From the NCBI RefSeq assembly GCF_025526975.1, contig NW_026515687.1, positions 434,001 to 498,000 on the forward strand: 64,000 nucleotides of DNA, written 5' to 3'. The translations under genes were made by a program, and so were the position numbers. This DNA comes from Fimicolochytrium jonesii. Taxonomy: Eukaryota. The notes beneath the pieces are model-generated. The model worked only from the letters and a program-made list of their open reading frames with translations, searched no databases and was not told the origin of the DNA. Of the stretch, positions 24,863 to 37,005 are shown piece after piece. Positions within the stretch are counted from its first letter, which is position 1. Every line of letters starts with the position of its first letter.

Positions 24863-25293
24863 TAACCCCATACGGCAACGGCAACTGTGTAGCGTTTGCA
24901 AGTATAGATTTTGGTAGACATCTTTCGATTGTTAGATACATAGATGGCACAGCCTCTTCTGCACCACCTCGTATATATATAAGCGTATAGACGGAACTGC
25001 CCAAATCAAATGTAGCTTCAGCAACTCCCGAGCCGCCGTCCGCGGCTACATACATCAACAACGACATCACTATGAATCTAAACCTCGGCATGCATCTGAC
25101 ATCGCATAATAGATACCCTTTCCCCTCGTTGTCGGTTCGTTCGCAGCCCACTATTCCCGTTCCACCTACGCCTTGCACATAACAGGAGTGACACGCCTCC
25201 CGTTCCCTCCTGCAGCATCCCGTCAGATCAAACAATGATCATTTCTCGCTCTTGTTTCTCACCAGTGAAACCCCTCATCAGTGATCCGTGCTT

Positions 25294-26413
25294 CTACATT
25301 TTGGCGTCAAAATTCGTAAGCCGTCTTATCCGCCACGTTAGCTTTGATGCCTTTCCGTGCTTTCGTCTCGTGCGCCGGCATCCCTCTCGTTTCTCCATAA
25401 ACAACGTCCAATATATCAAATCTGCATTGAAGCTCATAAACGTGTCGAAGACACTCCTCAGCAAGTGCCGTCTGCTTCGCCAACGGAATTCCGAGACCCG
25501 CACTTCGCGTTTCGCCATTGCGCTCATCGTGGCCTGTCTCATTGCGTTCCACAGCATCGAAGTTTCCGGCGTAGCGCCACGTTTTCGTTCTTCAATTCCT
25601 CACAGACACCTCGGGTGGATCGCCCTTCATCGATCCAATAATTTGATATGTTCATCCCGCATTATGAACATGTTGACCCGCCCGTGATGGAGCGATGCTT
25701 GCAGACGTCCGTTTCGTGTCATTGCCTTACGTTGAGCATCGCGATCTTCTTTGAACTCCGTGTGTTCTATGAACTCCTCCCACTCCATCGGCCTATCCGC
25801 GACTATCGCCGCATGCTCAGTTATCGTCGTTGTCCTCCACCGCTTTCCGTCCATTACCTGGAGTTGTCCATTTCTCCAGCCCATCCACGCTCGGCCCACA
25901 TCCCTCGCCCTCTCCGCATCCCCAATCACCATCATCATCCTCCATGGCTTCCAAGCGTTCCATAGAACCCTCCTCTTGCCCCCCGCCCCCCGGCCCCCCC
26001 CCCCCCCCAACCCCGCATCCACCATCCTCGACGGAATCGCAACCATCATCGTTGTCGTCCTTCAGGGCGTTCCCACCGCTCTCGAAATTATTAGCCTCCT
26101 CAGGGGAGCTCACCCCGGCAACTCCAGGAGGTAACATCTCGATGGTGAGGGTTTCCACGGAGTATCGGTTGGGTACTTCAATATGGATTCTGTCCTCGAG
26201 TAGTCGATGGTGACGCTGCGCTGTGGCGTGTTTGTGTCGGGTTTCTTGCCTTTCCGCATTCCTTTGGACTTTCGGTCCCATGCGGTCAGATGCACGATTC
26301 CCCACAAGCTCAGGGTTAAACCACGATGTCAGAAAGTCATGTCCGCCTCCGTGCTTCGAGGACTTTCTTTGGTGTCCATCTCCTGAAGGCGGGCCAGTCG
26401 GGTTTGCTGGCAC
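25294..26413 (-). pseudogene. Fragmented gene with Trp/Arg-rich helical segments
   Basis: ORF pieces in different frames separated by a poly-G tract (25979-26009); motifs LWNAWKPWR, RAWMGWR, FRWRSRRHLLRSVF. Confidence 0.25.
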
Positions 26414-26573
26414 GCTACGCGTAACTTACGCGTCAAACAGACAAGCCGGCCTCTCCCACAGGCAAAACACTTCTTGGACACTTCGGCAACCAACCCCCAA
26501 TCTTTGTTCAACACAGAAAGCAGCCGTCCTCCCGACAACAGCAGTCTCTCTCACACCAAGGACAACACCTCAA

Positions 26574-26900
26574 ATGAGCTCATACAACTATCTCACGCTC
26601 CTCCTGTACATTTACATCACAACAGCCCTCCCCGTAGCCTCCACGTCCACCCAGTCCCCCATCTTCGGCCCACCCCTCGGCACCTCCGAAATCACTATCA
26701 TCGTCCCCTCCACCCTCCAGCCTTCTGCACTCATCAGGCTCAGGGCACACCCTTTCCTGTTGCTCCTGGGCATTTGGCGGGGGTTGAACATTTGGCAAGA
26801 ATTGAGCATTAGCGTCCTGATCCCAGATTCTTCTGCGTTGGCTGAGTGGTTGATTGCACATGCCTCGAGGATGTTGTTGATAGATGGATTTTTCCACTGA
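26574..26900 (+). CDS. Small putatively secreted protein (108 aa)
   Basis: ATG followed by signal-like YLTLLLYIYITTA|LP; codon style matches neighbouring genes. Confidence 0.4.
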   Translation: MSSYNYLTLLLYIYITTALPVASTSTQSPIFGPPLGTSEITIIVPSTLQPSALIRLRAHPFLLLLGIWRGLNIWQELSISVLIPDSSALAEWLIAHASRMLLIDGFFH

Positions 26901-27185
26901 AGGTAGTCGGGCAATTCTTCGTCCCATGGTCCACAGAAATGGGACATGTGATGCAGTTTGCAAGCCAGTCTGCCTTTTACAGTCTGAGTCGCTACGCGTA
27001 GCCCTCGAGTCTTGACGCGACCCACACCCGGGAGACTCGGCGCATCTTGGATAAGAGACCCATTACCGATCTCAGACGGAGTCCCCGCCGCCCTCAACGT
27101 CCTCCAGATCCCTGCTCCCTCCAGTCTTACTCTTCCGAGCACCATTCCCTTCAGAGTTCATACTCTCAACGCCGTCCGAAACAGA

Positions 27186-27999
27186 ATGACCTCCCCACCA
27201 CCATCGACAACTCACGATACCCTCCATCCACACAACATGTACCCCAACACCCACATCCCCGTCCCCACAGACCCTCGCATAGTCTACACCTACGCCGAAC
27301 GCAACAAGGAGCCTATCCTACAAGCCCTCACACCCTATTTGCAAAAGGCATCGCGTGGTCCGTAAATTCCGTTTTCAGCACCCCCAAAGATGACGCACCA
27401 ACTGACAAACTCTCCCGACAGTCCTCGAGCTATCCTCCGGCTCCGGTCAACACATCACCCATTTCGCCGCCTCCTTCCCACACACTCATTTCCAGCCCTC
27501 CGAACTCGCCGACCCCGCTTTACACGCCTCCATCACGGCCTACATCGCACCCCATCCCAACATCTCACCGCCCATCACGCTCAACGTGTTATCACAACCC
27601 AATTGGGACAACCTCTTGACGTTAGTGGGCGAGGAAGGGGGGTATGATGTGGTGTATATGGGGAATGTACTGCATATTGCGCCGTGGGAGGTCACGCTGG
27701 CGGTCGCGCAGAATTTGCACAGGGTCGTGAGAGAGGAGGGAGTGGTGGTTGTGTATGGACCGTTTAAGAAGGAAGGGAAGTTCACGACGGAGAGCAATGA
27801 GGATTTTAATAGGACCCTACGAGAGCGGAATGCGGAGTGGGGGTTACGGGATATTGGGGATGTTGAGAGGGAGTTTGGGAAGGGTGGGTTGCGGTTGGTG
27901 GAGGTGAGGGATATGCCAGCGAATAACTTTCTTTTAGTATTTGGGAGGGCCGCGGAAGGAATCAAGGATAGTGTAGAGTTTGATGGGACTGTAGAGTAG
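27186..27999 (+). CDS. DUF938 / METTL26-like SAM-dependent methyltransferase (intron 27358-27421)
   Basis: AERNKEPIL, VLELSSGSGQH, FQPSE, NVLHIAPW, YGPF, SNEDF, WGLRD and MPANN hallmark motifs. Confidence 0.92.
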
Positions 28000-28144
28000 A
28001 TGGGAGTAGAGGAGAGTAGAGGAGGATACGCTAGATGATGGACGAAATGCCTATGTACAAATGTGTGGACAGAGAATTTCCAAGCGGACGAAATCTACGG
28101 CCGCTCGTCGGCCTGTTTTATCGCCTCTCGCAACCATCTATCCT

Positions 28145-28857
28145 CTAGACTGAAGCACCCCTCATCAGCGCCCTCCACCCAGTAACAGCAAACCCCACCC
28201 CAAAAAGTGCATCCGCAACCCCATACGTCGCAAAAAACAACGCAGCAAGCGTCCTCCGCAACGTCGCCTTGCCGGCAAGCGCTCTCCGCCGATGCACGGA
28301 TGCGGTCCGCAGGTAGTGGATGACGTAGATGGCTTTTTCGAGGGTGAAGGCGAGGCAGAGGAGGGGGGATGTCTGTTGCGAATAGAGAGAGAACGATGAA
28401 TGATCGAGCGATGGATGGATGTAAAAAAAAACGCGCGACAGAAGGAGGGATGGGATGCAAGCTCGCTCCGCTCGCCGCTTCATTTCGCCCGCGAAGACGT
28501 TTGCTTCTGATCGCGCTCGCCCTCCCAGTAGCGAACCAACGTTAAGCAACTCTGCTCCTCGCTTCCCTCAGCGCGGTACTCTCGCTGTCGCTCGCCCACC
28601 TGAAGCGACCCTGCTCCCCATTTTCCGTCGCCGCTGTACCTCCCACTCCCCACCATCCTCAAAGTCCCTACCTCAGCAACCCCGCTAGTAGCAATATAAA
28701 CCACCCCCCAAAGCACAATCAGAGCACACCCCTTTGCGTCAAAAAACGGGTCTTCCCTCGTTATGGCCTCGTTTGTGAAGAACAGCGAGACGGGAACGAT
28801 GGCAAAGTTTGCGAGGCCGGCGTTGAGGAAGAGGGTGCGTGTTGAGATTGCGAGCAT
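28145..28857 (-). CDS. Small 4-TM membrane protein (137 aa; intron 28373-28671)
   Basis: Spliced product with AGLANF...SLFFTN...DP...IVLWG..Y...AFTLEKAIY...YGVADALF; GTAGGG...CAG intron in phase 0. Confidence 0.75.
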
Positions 28858-29660
28858 GGCTGGAGTGCTGGGAGGTGGGTGAGCGGAGGATGGGAATGGA
28901 GAGGCAGATACGGTGTTTACCTTGGAGTGTGTTGCGGGGAGTGGGTTAAGCAGGAGAGGTTGGTGAAGCGGGTGGGTGTGGGGTGGCGATGGAGCCAGGA
29001 TGGTTCTTGTCGGTGGTTTATGTACTGTATGTAATTACCGATGGGGTGCAAGTTGCGGCCCAACGCGTCGGAGGGACGGCAAAGGGATGGAGTGAGCCTC
29101 TATCCGTATTATACTGTACATACAATGTGAGGCGTTCAAAGTTGAAATAACATTGGGCTGACACTGAGAATGGCCAATTATTGCCCACCCAAAGGCTCCG
29201 TCGTTGTGCCTTTCCCGTTTTCCGGGCAGGTTGCTATTCTCACATCCCTGCGAAATAGAGTAAAAAGTCTGATTCGACCATTCTCAGCTGCGAGCCTCAA
29301 AAGCTAGGCTTGACAATCCGCCATCGATGTGTTCCGAAAACCAAACTCATCTGAAGAAGGACCCCTCTCAATCTCCTGCAAACGATCGGCAGTAGACCGA
29401 ATCTCAGGAAAAAGCCTTGGATGCCACTCTTGCAACCGCCAGTGAGCCGGGACGCGCGGAAGCTGACATAAGCCTTTGACAGTGGATTTTCGAAAAGCGA
29501 CAGCCACAGTCGATTGCCCGATGTGGCTCCTGCCCCCAAGTGTAAAGTCAAAACGACCGTACTTTATGAGTTTCTCCTCTATTCTGACTCTCCACGACCG
29601 TCAAATCCAGTGGCCGCGTTTAGTGGACCGACGAGTGCATATGATATCCCGGTCAGGGGC

Positions 29661-30792
29661 ATGGGCATCTTCTTCCCCGGTCCGTCGGTCTGGAGGCGGC
29701 GTCAGCCCGGCGATGACGACGACGTGCTGGTGCTGCCGACCATTCTGCCGAATCCCCAACTGGTGAGTTGAAAATAAAACCCGGCAATTACATCAAAGAT
29801 CACAACCAGCTCCTGTTCACTACCACATCAAAAACTTGTAGGATCACACAATCCACCACAAAACCCCCGCCCACACAAAACACCCCCTCTCCGCCCTCCT
29901 CCCACTTGACCTCTTCGCCGCCGTCACCTCCGCCCTCCTAGTCTCCCCCCTCGTCCTCATAATCGACCGCGCAATCGTCATCAACTCCGTCCCTCACAGC
30001 AACACCACGCTGTCACAGGCCATGTGGGCCGGGCTGGTCGGGTTGGTGAGGCGGCCGGGGCAGTTTGTGAGGGACAGGGGGTTTGGGTGGGTGGTGGGGT
30101 TGTATGTTGGGACGTATGCGGTGGCGAATGGGGTGGAGGTTGTGGGGCATGCGGGGTTGTATGACCCCGCGATGCCGAAGTTTGTGGCGGCGAGTGGGGT
30201 GAATGTTGCGTTGGTGAGAGAAACACGCGGGAACTGGGGGGTGCGTTCGACGCTTTCATATATCTGACCCGGGCGCATTTCGTGCAGAATCTCCTCAAAG
30301 ACCGCCACCTAGCAACAACCTGTGGGCCCCTCCCCTCCCACCCCGTCTCACTGGCCTCTTTCACCCTGTTCGGCCTGCGTGACACGGTCACCGTCTTCTC
30401 CTCCTTTATCCTTCCCCCGATCATCGTGCCGCACCTCATCACACATCTGCGGTGCACGGAAAGGGAAGCGGCGGTGATGGCGCAGTTTATGGCGCCGGTG
30501 GCAATGCAGGTTGTTAGCACGCCGGCGCATTTGTTGGGTTCGTATCTTCTCTCTTTATCCCCGTGCAGCGTAAACGGAAATGGGGCTGAATTGATCATAC
30601 TCCCACCCCACAGGCTTAGATCTCTACAACCGCCCGCTACCAAGCACCACACCACACCAACGGTGGCAAGCGGTGCGCGCAAACTACCTGTCGACAACGG
30701 TATTCAGGATGGCGAGGAAGATCCCGGCGTTTGGGTTGGGTGGGGCTTGTAATGGGTTGATTAGGGAGGAGGGAAGGAGGTGGCTTGCGTAG
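29661..30792 (+). CDS. SPBC365.16-like putative (mitochondrial) membrane protein, 4 exons
   Basis: Motifs LVSPL..IIDRA, LYVGTYAVAN, KD, LFGLRDTVTVFSSF, QVVSTPAHLLGLDLYNRP, RKIPAFGLGG..N; GT-AG introns; start codon uncertain. Confidence 0.8.
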
Positions 30793-31262
30793 GTGGTGGG
30801 TGACGTTTGGGTGGATAGGGGCGGGTATTTGGGGTGTGTATTTATGTGAATATCTGATGAAAGGATGGGTCGGTTGCACGTCTGGGACGACAGTTCTTTC
30901 GGAGTGTGGAAAGGGGTGTTCATCATGGTTTCAAGATGGCACATCCGTTCCACGCGGGAACGTACTTGTTGCTGGTGTCGTCTTGCGATCGACACGAGCG
31001 GCGCGGGCGAGAAGACGGGCACGACATTCTATTTCGAACGCCAGGGGAAGTAGGGAGCATGTACAATATTATAATTTCAAAAGAGAAGAGCCGCTGGGGA
31101 CCGTAAGGTTTGTTTTCCCGATCACTAGCGAGGAGCTCTTGTTTTCTCGGGGCGGAAGGGAAGGAAGCAACGCATTGCGAGACGTTTGCCTTCCTCGTCC
31201 TTTCCTCTGCTGTTACTCTAACGTAGAGGCGAGACTTTCGCTTATTCGATTGAGGGCCTTAT

Positions 31263-33163
31263 TTAGGAAGCCACTATTGGTGGGGAAGGATTCGTGATTA
31301 ACATCACGGAACAGTTCCGCATAACGGGAATCTTTGTAAAACTTACTGTAGGTAGACACGTCGATATGGTCGGGCAACTCGCTGATGTTCACTTCGAACC
31401 GTCCTTGGACGTCGTTCAACGTCTTTGCGTCTTCTTCCGAGGACGAGAACGTGACTGCCAAACCTTTGGTTCCGAAACGTCCGGCACGTCCGACCTATGC
31501 GAAGTTAACATAATCAGCCCAGCAATTCAGAAAGACTAGGGACGGTGCGAAAAAGCTTACCCTGTGCAGGTAGGAGTCGGGGTTGTCTGGCATATCGTAG
31601 TTGATGACGATATTCACCCGCTCAATATCGATACCTCGTCCAAAGATGTCGGTAGCGACCATGATACGCTTGTTGAACTCCTTGAAGCTCTTGTACCTCG
31701 CGATACTGCAAAGAGAGTTTGATAAGCCTCTGCAAACTGCAAACAGATACATTCCTATGCCGAGCAGTGATATTCTTACCGCTCGTCTTGAGGCATTTGC
31801 GAGTGAATAGTGATGGCCGGGAAGTTGCACTCGTTCAACAGCTTGTTCAGCTCCGTTGCACGCGACACAGACTTCACAAAGATACACACTTGGTTGAACT
31901 CCAGGGAGTCGAGTAGCTCGTTCAACTTCCTGTTCTTCTCGTTCTCCGTGAGCTTAACGTAATATTGCTGAAGACCGTGCAGAGTGAGCTTGGTTTCGTC
32001 ATCGACGTAGATTTCGAGGGGCTGAGCATGAGGTAAACGATGGTTAGATTCCAAGAAAGTAGGAAGGTTATACGGGACTTGAGCTTACATTTTGCATGAA
32101 CTTCTTGCAGACGGGTCGCATCTCTTTGCTCAACGTTGCACTGTACATCATGACTTGTTTGTGGTGAGGCGTCGACCTAAAGATTTCTTGCACATCCCTA
32201 CGCATGTCTGGTGATCGAAAAAATTACGTGAGTAACATGATCACTACATATGATCGACAGTACCCCGCAAAGGCAGGACGACGGCATGAGAGTTTCAGAT
32301 CATTTAACTTCTCACGCCAAGCGAGCACAAGACTCGCTCAATCGAAGAGCTGGGTTAAATAGCAAAGTATTTCATCATTTTTTCCCTGCCGTCGTTCCCA
32401 CACTCTTCCCCAACCCATTCCAGCCTCCCACACCATACACGTCGCTCCAACTCACCTAGTGCCTCCAGCATCTTGTCACACTCGTCGAGGATGAAGTGCT
32501 TGATGTTCTTAAGGTTCAAAATCTTATCACGGATGAGACCGAGAACACGTCCGGGTGTGCCGACAATGATCTGGGGCTTCTCTGTCTTCAGCGTCTCGGC
32601 ATTGCTCTTCACTGTGCTTCCACCGTAAAACACCGCCGTCTTGATTTCGGGCATGTACTTTGAGAATCGAGTAAACTCGTTTTTGATTTGATATGCGAGC
32701 TCACGGGTGTGACACAGAATGATGACCGATGGCTCTCCACTGGCGTTGGCCTCCAGTTGCTGCAAAGAAGCAAGGACGAAAACTGCGGTTTTACCCATTC
32801 CGGATTTGGCCTGGCAGAGAACGTCCATGCCGAGAATCGCTTGTGGGATACATTCTTGTTGAACTACCGGGTAGGAAATGCTTCAGTTAGCTATTCGGGT
32901 CGAGAAGGTATGCGGGAATAAGGACCCGTACCTTCAGAGGGATGTTCGAAACCGCAATCAACGATCGCACGCAACAGTTCTGGCTTGAGGAGGAAATCAC
33001 GGAAACCGGTTGCGTGGATACCCACGTAGGAACCCTTCTTTGTCTCCTTCTCGTCGGATGTCGCAGGAGCCAAAGAGTCTTTTCCGTTGGCAGCGGGTGC
33101 CGCGGTGGTAGTCTCACCCTCGTCACTGTCGTAGTCGATCAGATCATCCTGTGGTTCGGCCAT
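31263..33163 (-). CDS. SUB2: DECD-box RNA helicase Sub2/UAP56 (multi-exon)
   Basis: [65 protein letters not shown]; 11-nt terminal exon gives ...DVSTYMAS*. Confidence 0.97.
32291..32383 (-). ncRNA. Intronic box C/D snoRNA, snR69-like (predicted LSU rRNA guide)
   Basis: Inside the long SUB2 intron: C box ATGATGA (32378-32372), D box CTGA (32298-32295), guide AACCCAGCTC complementary to conserved LSU GAGCUGGGUU, flanking 9-bp stem ACGACGGCA/TGCCGTCGT. Confidence 0.85.
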
Positions 33164-33714
33164 GTCGATAGAGTTTTGCTGTGGAAGGAGCTACAGAAGG
33201 GGGCGCACGGAGGTGGGCGTTGGTGAGTAACGGAATTGTGTGCGCTTTTCCCGTCCAAGGTGTCGCTCGCTCAAAAGAAGATCCCTCGCACACGGAAAGA
33301 AATGACGAAAAACGGTCTCACTCCGTCCAAGGCCGCAAAAAGGGGGTTTGAGCTGTCTGAGAACAGCGTACGTCGATTCGGTGCGCGAAGTCCGGTTGAA
33401 TGGTCAGATCGCCAGATCTCGTAGCTTGTGGCCCATGTCCAGCGCGTGAGAAACAGATCGGCCCATGGTCGTCCCGGCAGCTGTCGCAGTCTTCAAAACT
33501 CTATCTAACTATGTATGCTTCGCCGTCCATCCTCCTCCTTTGTTTTCTCACAATGGGTCCTCCCCCTCTCCCTTCCCCCAATTTCGGATCTCGTTGCGCG
33601 ATTTGGACATGGACCGAGATGCTCCCGCAAAGTGGATGGACGGAGTGGGTGGATGGAATACGGGGATGCTGCGGGCACAATCTTACCCACCTTGCGACGT
33701 TGGTGGAGAGCGAC

Positions 33715-33755
33715 GGATGGATGGATAGATGGACGGATGGATGGATGGATGGATG
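33715..33755. repeat. Imperfect (GGAT)n microsatellite
   Basis: Read directly. Confidence 0.9.
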
Positions 33756-34776
33756 TTGAGAACGTGTTGTCTGCTCGGTGGATGGATTTCGACTTGGTCG
33801 TCGTTTCCCCTGCTTCCTTCGCCCTTCCGTCCATGCTCAGTTGGACGCGCAAAGTGAGCGGCCTCGGCATCATACAAAACGCGGGTGTCGGGAGCCAATG
33901 ACTTTCTCGCTTCCCCACCCAGTTTCACCTGCGAGTCTTCCGGAACCCGGAACCCTGCCGGAACCCTGCCGGAACCCCAGGGGTGTGGAGTTGGCAATCG
34001 GACGACCAACCAACCATTCGAACCTCCACACGAGACTGGAAGCGGGCGATATGTTGAACAAGGAAGAGGAGGTTCTGTCAAACTCGCCAGGAAATCACGT
34101 ACTGTATATCGGGCGATTGTCCGCAACTGGCAGTGATTTTCTTTTCTGCCGGGGGACGATTGGGACTCGGAGAGACCGGTGAAGTTCATAAAACGACCAA
34201 ACGACCCGCCGACCATTTCTCAAAAAGAATCAGGCGTCCAACATGTTCGAAAAAATTCTCCCATACGATCGCTGATGCGGCGCTAAAAGAAACGGCCTCA
34301 GGCACCCCCTCACCCATAGAACGGCAGAACGGCTTGCCTGAAGGGACGCCTGAGGTTAGCCCAACGCTAGGATCCCGCAAGCTGCTGGCGGCTTAGATAT
34401 TCTGGCGTTGGGAAAGCTGTTCTGCCTTGAAGGCGGAGTCAACACAAGCAAGGCGATACGCTACGACAGCGCCGGCGAACAACTCCGCCCGTAACCAATC
34501 CCTCAGTATCTGGAAATTACGCCTGAAAACCTGCGTATCCTGTTTCAGAGCTTGACTGTGAGAGACGGGCAGTTGCTTACGAGAGGGGGCCTGATGACGC
34601 GTGCCCGTGTGACGGTAATACGTAATACGAGATGGGAGATTGCACCCGCTCTCGCTCTCTCGCGCACTTCCACTCTTCCCACAGCAAAACGTCCCAGAAC
34701 CACAAACACAGAACGTCGGCGAGAAACGGACTCCCATACTGACCTTACTTACGCTACCTCGCCCAGACCCGCTGCA

Positions 34777-35997
34777 ATGAGGACGATAGCCCCCCTCCCT
34801 CTGTCGATAGCCAAGCCCCGTCCAATCCCAGCCCGCCACTTTTTCACACCACCGGCGCATCACACCCCAGCCGCCCGACACATCTTTCCCATCACCCACC
34901 GCCAACTGCATTCAAATACCCTCTCAACCTCAAGCCCATATCCTCGTTCTTCAACACAATCACCACCATGGATGCCATCACTCCGCCGCTTCACCTCGAC
35001 GCCGCGAAATAACCACCAGCAGGCTCAACGAAAGGAAGAGAAGGAGTGCGGTATGAAGCCGCCACCATCTGCCGAAGCTTATCCCGCTGAACGGCCTCTG
35101 TCGATTGAGAAATTGCTCGAGAATAATAAGGAGTGTGAGTTGAGTTTGAGGCTGGGAATGATTGATGAGAATGGGTGGAAGAGTTAGGAGCGGAGGAGGG
35201 ATTGAGCGAAGCGAAGAGATGCTCGAGGCCCGCGACCGAAGCGAGCACCACATTGCGCCAAAGGCGCAAGACTACCCTAATCGTACATGTATTGTTTGTT
35301 GATGGGTCGTTGATGAAGATGGATGGTAGTTTGGTTGATGAGTTGATGGGCTGATGATGGTTTGATGATTTCTCATGGTTTGATGGGTTATACAGGGGCC
35401 GAAGCAATAGCCCTCGAGCGCCCAACCTTCTTCACCGACCTCGCCCAACAACAATCCCCCGAACTCCTCTGGATCGGCTGCTCCGACTCGCGCGTGCCCG
35501 CCAACCAACTGCTCAAACTCCTCCCTGGCGACGTCTTCGTGCACCGCAACATCGGCAACATCCTCCACTCCTCCGACCTCAACGCACTCTCGGTCATCCA
35601 GTACGCCGTCGACGTGCTGAAGGTAACGCATATCGTCGTGTGCGGGCATTACGGGTGTGGGGGTGTAGCCGCGGCGTTATCCCACACGCAGTTTGGGTTG
35701 GTCGACCACTGGATCCAGGTCGTCAAGGACATGTATTCCGCCAACGAATCCACCCTCCGCCATCTCTCCAAAGAAGATCGTTTAGATCGGATGGTGGAGA
35801 TGAACGTGGAACGGAGCGTGGATGTAGTTGCGCATTCGCCCGTGGTGCAGAATGCGTGGGCGAGGGGGCAGAAGGTCGAGATTCATGGGTGGGTGTATCG
35901 GTTGACGGATGGGAGGTTGAGGGATTTGGGGATTAGGAGGGAGGGGAAGAGGGATGTGGGAAGTGTGCATCGGTTGAATAAGAAGAAGGAGCCGTAG
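34777..35997 (+). CDS. Beta-class carbonic anhydrase (Nce103-like) with long N-terminal extension (intron 35135-35395)
   Basis: LLENNKEW, WIGCSDSRVP, VFVHRNIGN, QYAV..LKV.HIVVCGHYGCGGV, IHGWVY zinc-site motifs. Confidence 0.95.
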
Positions 35998-36029
35998 GGG
36001 GTTGGGGTATTGTAGGTTTATGTAGTAGG

Positions 36030-36620
36030 AATGGGGGATGTCACTCAGGTTTCGGGCACGCCGCGGCTTGGAGGTATGTCCTCGGCGTACATACGTAGGT
36101 ACGACGGATACCCAGCAATTCATTCGCGCACATACACTCGACGGGATACCCGTAATTTCATTCATTGCAATCCTCACCATTTACCAAAAAGGCCTGAACG
36201 TCGCTGCCCATCCCTCCCAAGTGTAGTTTTGGCACGGACCTGTGGAAGGAGAGTCTCCACCGACTCATAAGTAAACGTACAATTGAACAGCAGATTCTTG
36301 TATTATTCCTGAATACATGAAGCCATGTTTTTCCAGGTTTTTTTTTTTTCATCACATCGCAGGACCTACAGTGAAAACCATCGCCCCAATGCCATCAAGA
36401 GATCAGAGAGTGGTTCGGCCCCGAATTCGGAAGTGGCATATCCCACTACAGGTGATGAGCGAGGCGTTCATGGTCTGGATGTTCTACAGCGCACTCCTGA
36501 AGTGTTGGTTGCTCGGATTATGCTCTGGACGAGGAACGTAGTTCATGAATTCAATGGATGACGAGAAGGTTGTGCTTACTGAGCTCGGCACAAACAAGAT
36601 CCTCCCATCGCGCTTTCATA
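36030..36620 (+). mobile_element. Decayed repeat copy 1, resembling the tyrosine-recombinase-like region of fungal telomere-linked-helicase-type elements
   Basis: ~345 bp (36175-36523) nearly identical to 44387-44732; remnant motifs ARRGLEV, LTIYQKG, GISHYR, AHS...YAL. Confidence 0.5.
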
Positions 36621-37005
36621 GCTGATACATGGATAAGCCTCCACCTCCTTCGTATGTGTCCCCCATATGGAGGTCCTCGCAGGTGCCGCCCTCAACACCT
36701 TCTCCCATGCCGCAAACAAATTTATGCCACACAATGTATTAGGAATATCATCCCCCAACTACTCAGCGCAGATGGCTAATTCAGTTTTTCTAGCTCGCAC
36801 TAGGCATCTCTATGTATCTAGCATGCAAGTTGGAAGCTTTTGAGGATTCAGTTTTGCTTGCTGGTCCTTCTGTTCCGCCTGTCGCCTTCTCCGCCACCGT
36901 TCGTCTCCAGTCTCGCCGTTTGTTGCTTGAAGTCCGAAACCTCGCCTTGATGTTCACGCCGCATCTCATCCCATTCGGCCGAGGAGCCATACACCCAGTA
37001 GCCCA

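Noticed and set aside
31213..31345. Extended SUB2 C-terminus shown in the ORF track
   Set aside because: Read-through into an intron; splicing to an 11-nt exon gives the conventional ...STYMAS* end
33942..33980. Short GGAACCCTGCC tandem repeats in the SUB2/CA intergenic region
   Set aside because: Only 2-4 imperfect units; no function can be supported
35135..35395. TGATGA and CTGA motifs in the long carbonic anhydrase intron (possible snoRNA)
   Set aside because: They sit in low-complexity (TGA/TGG)n sequence with no terminal stem or recognisable rRNA guide
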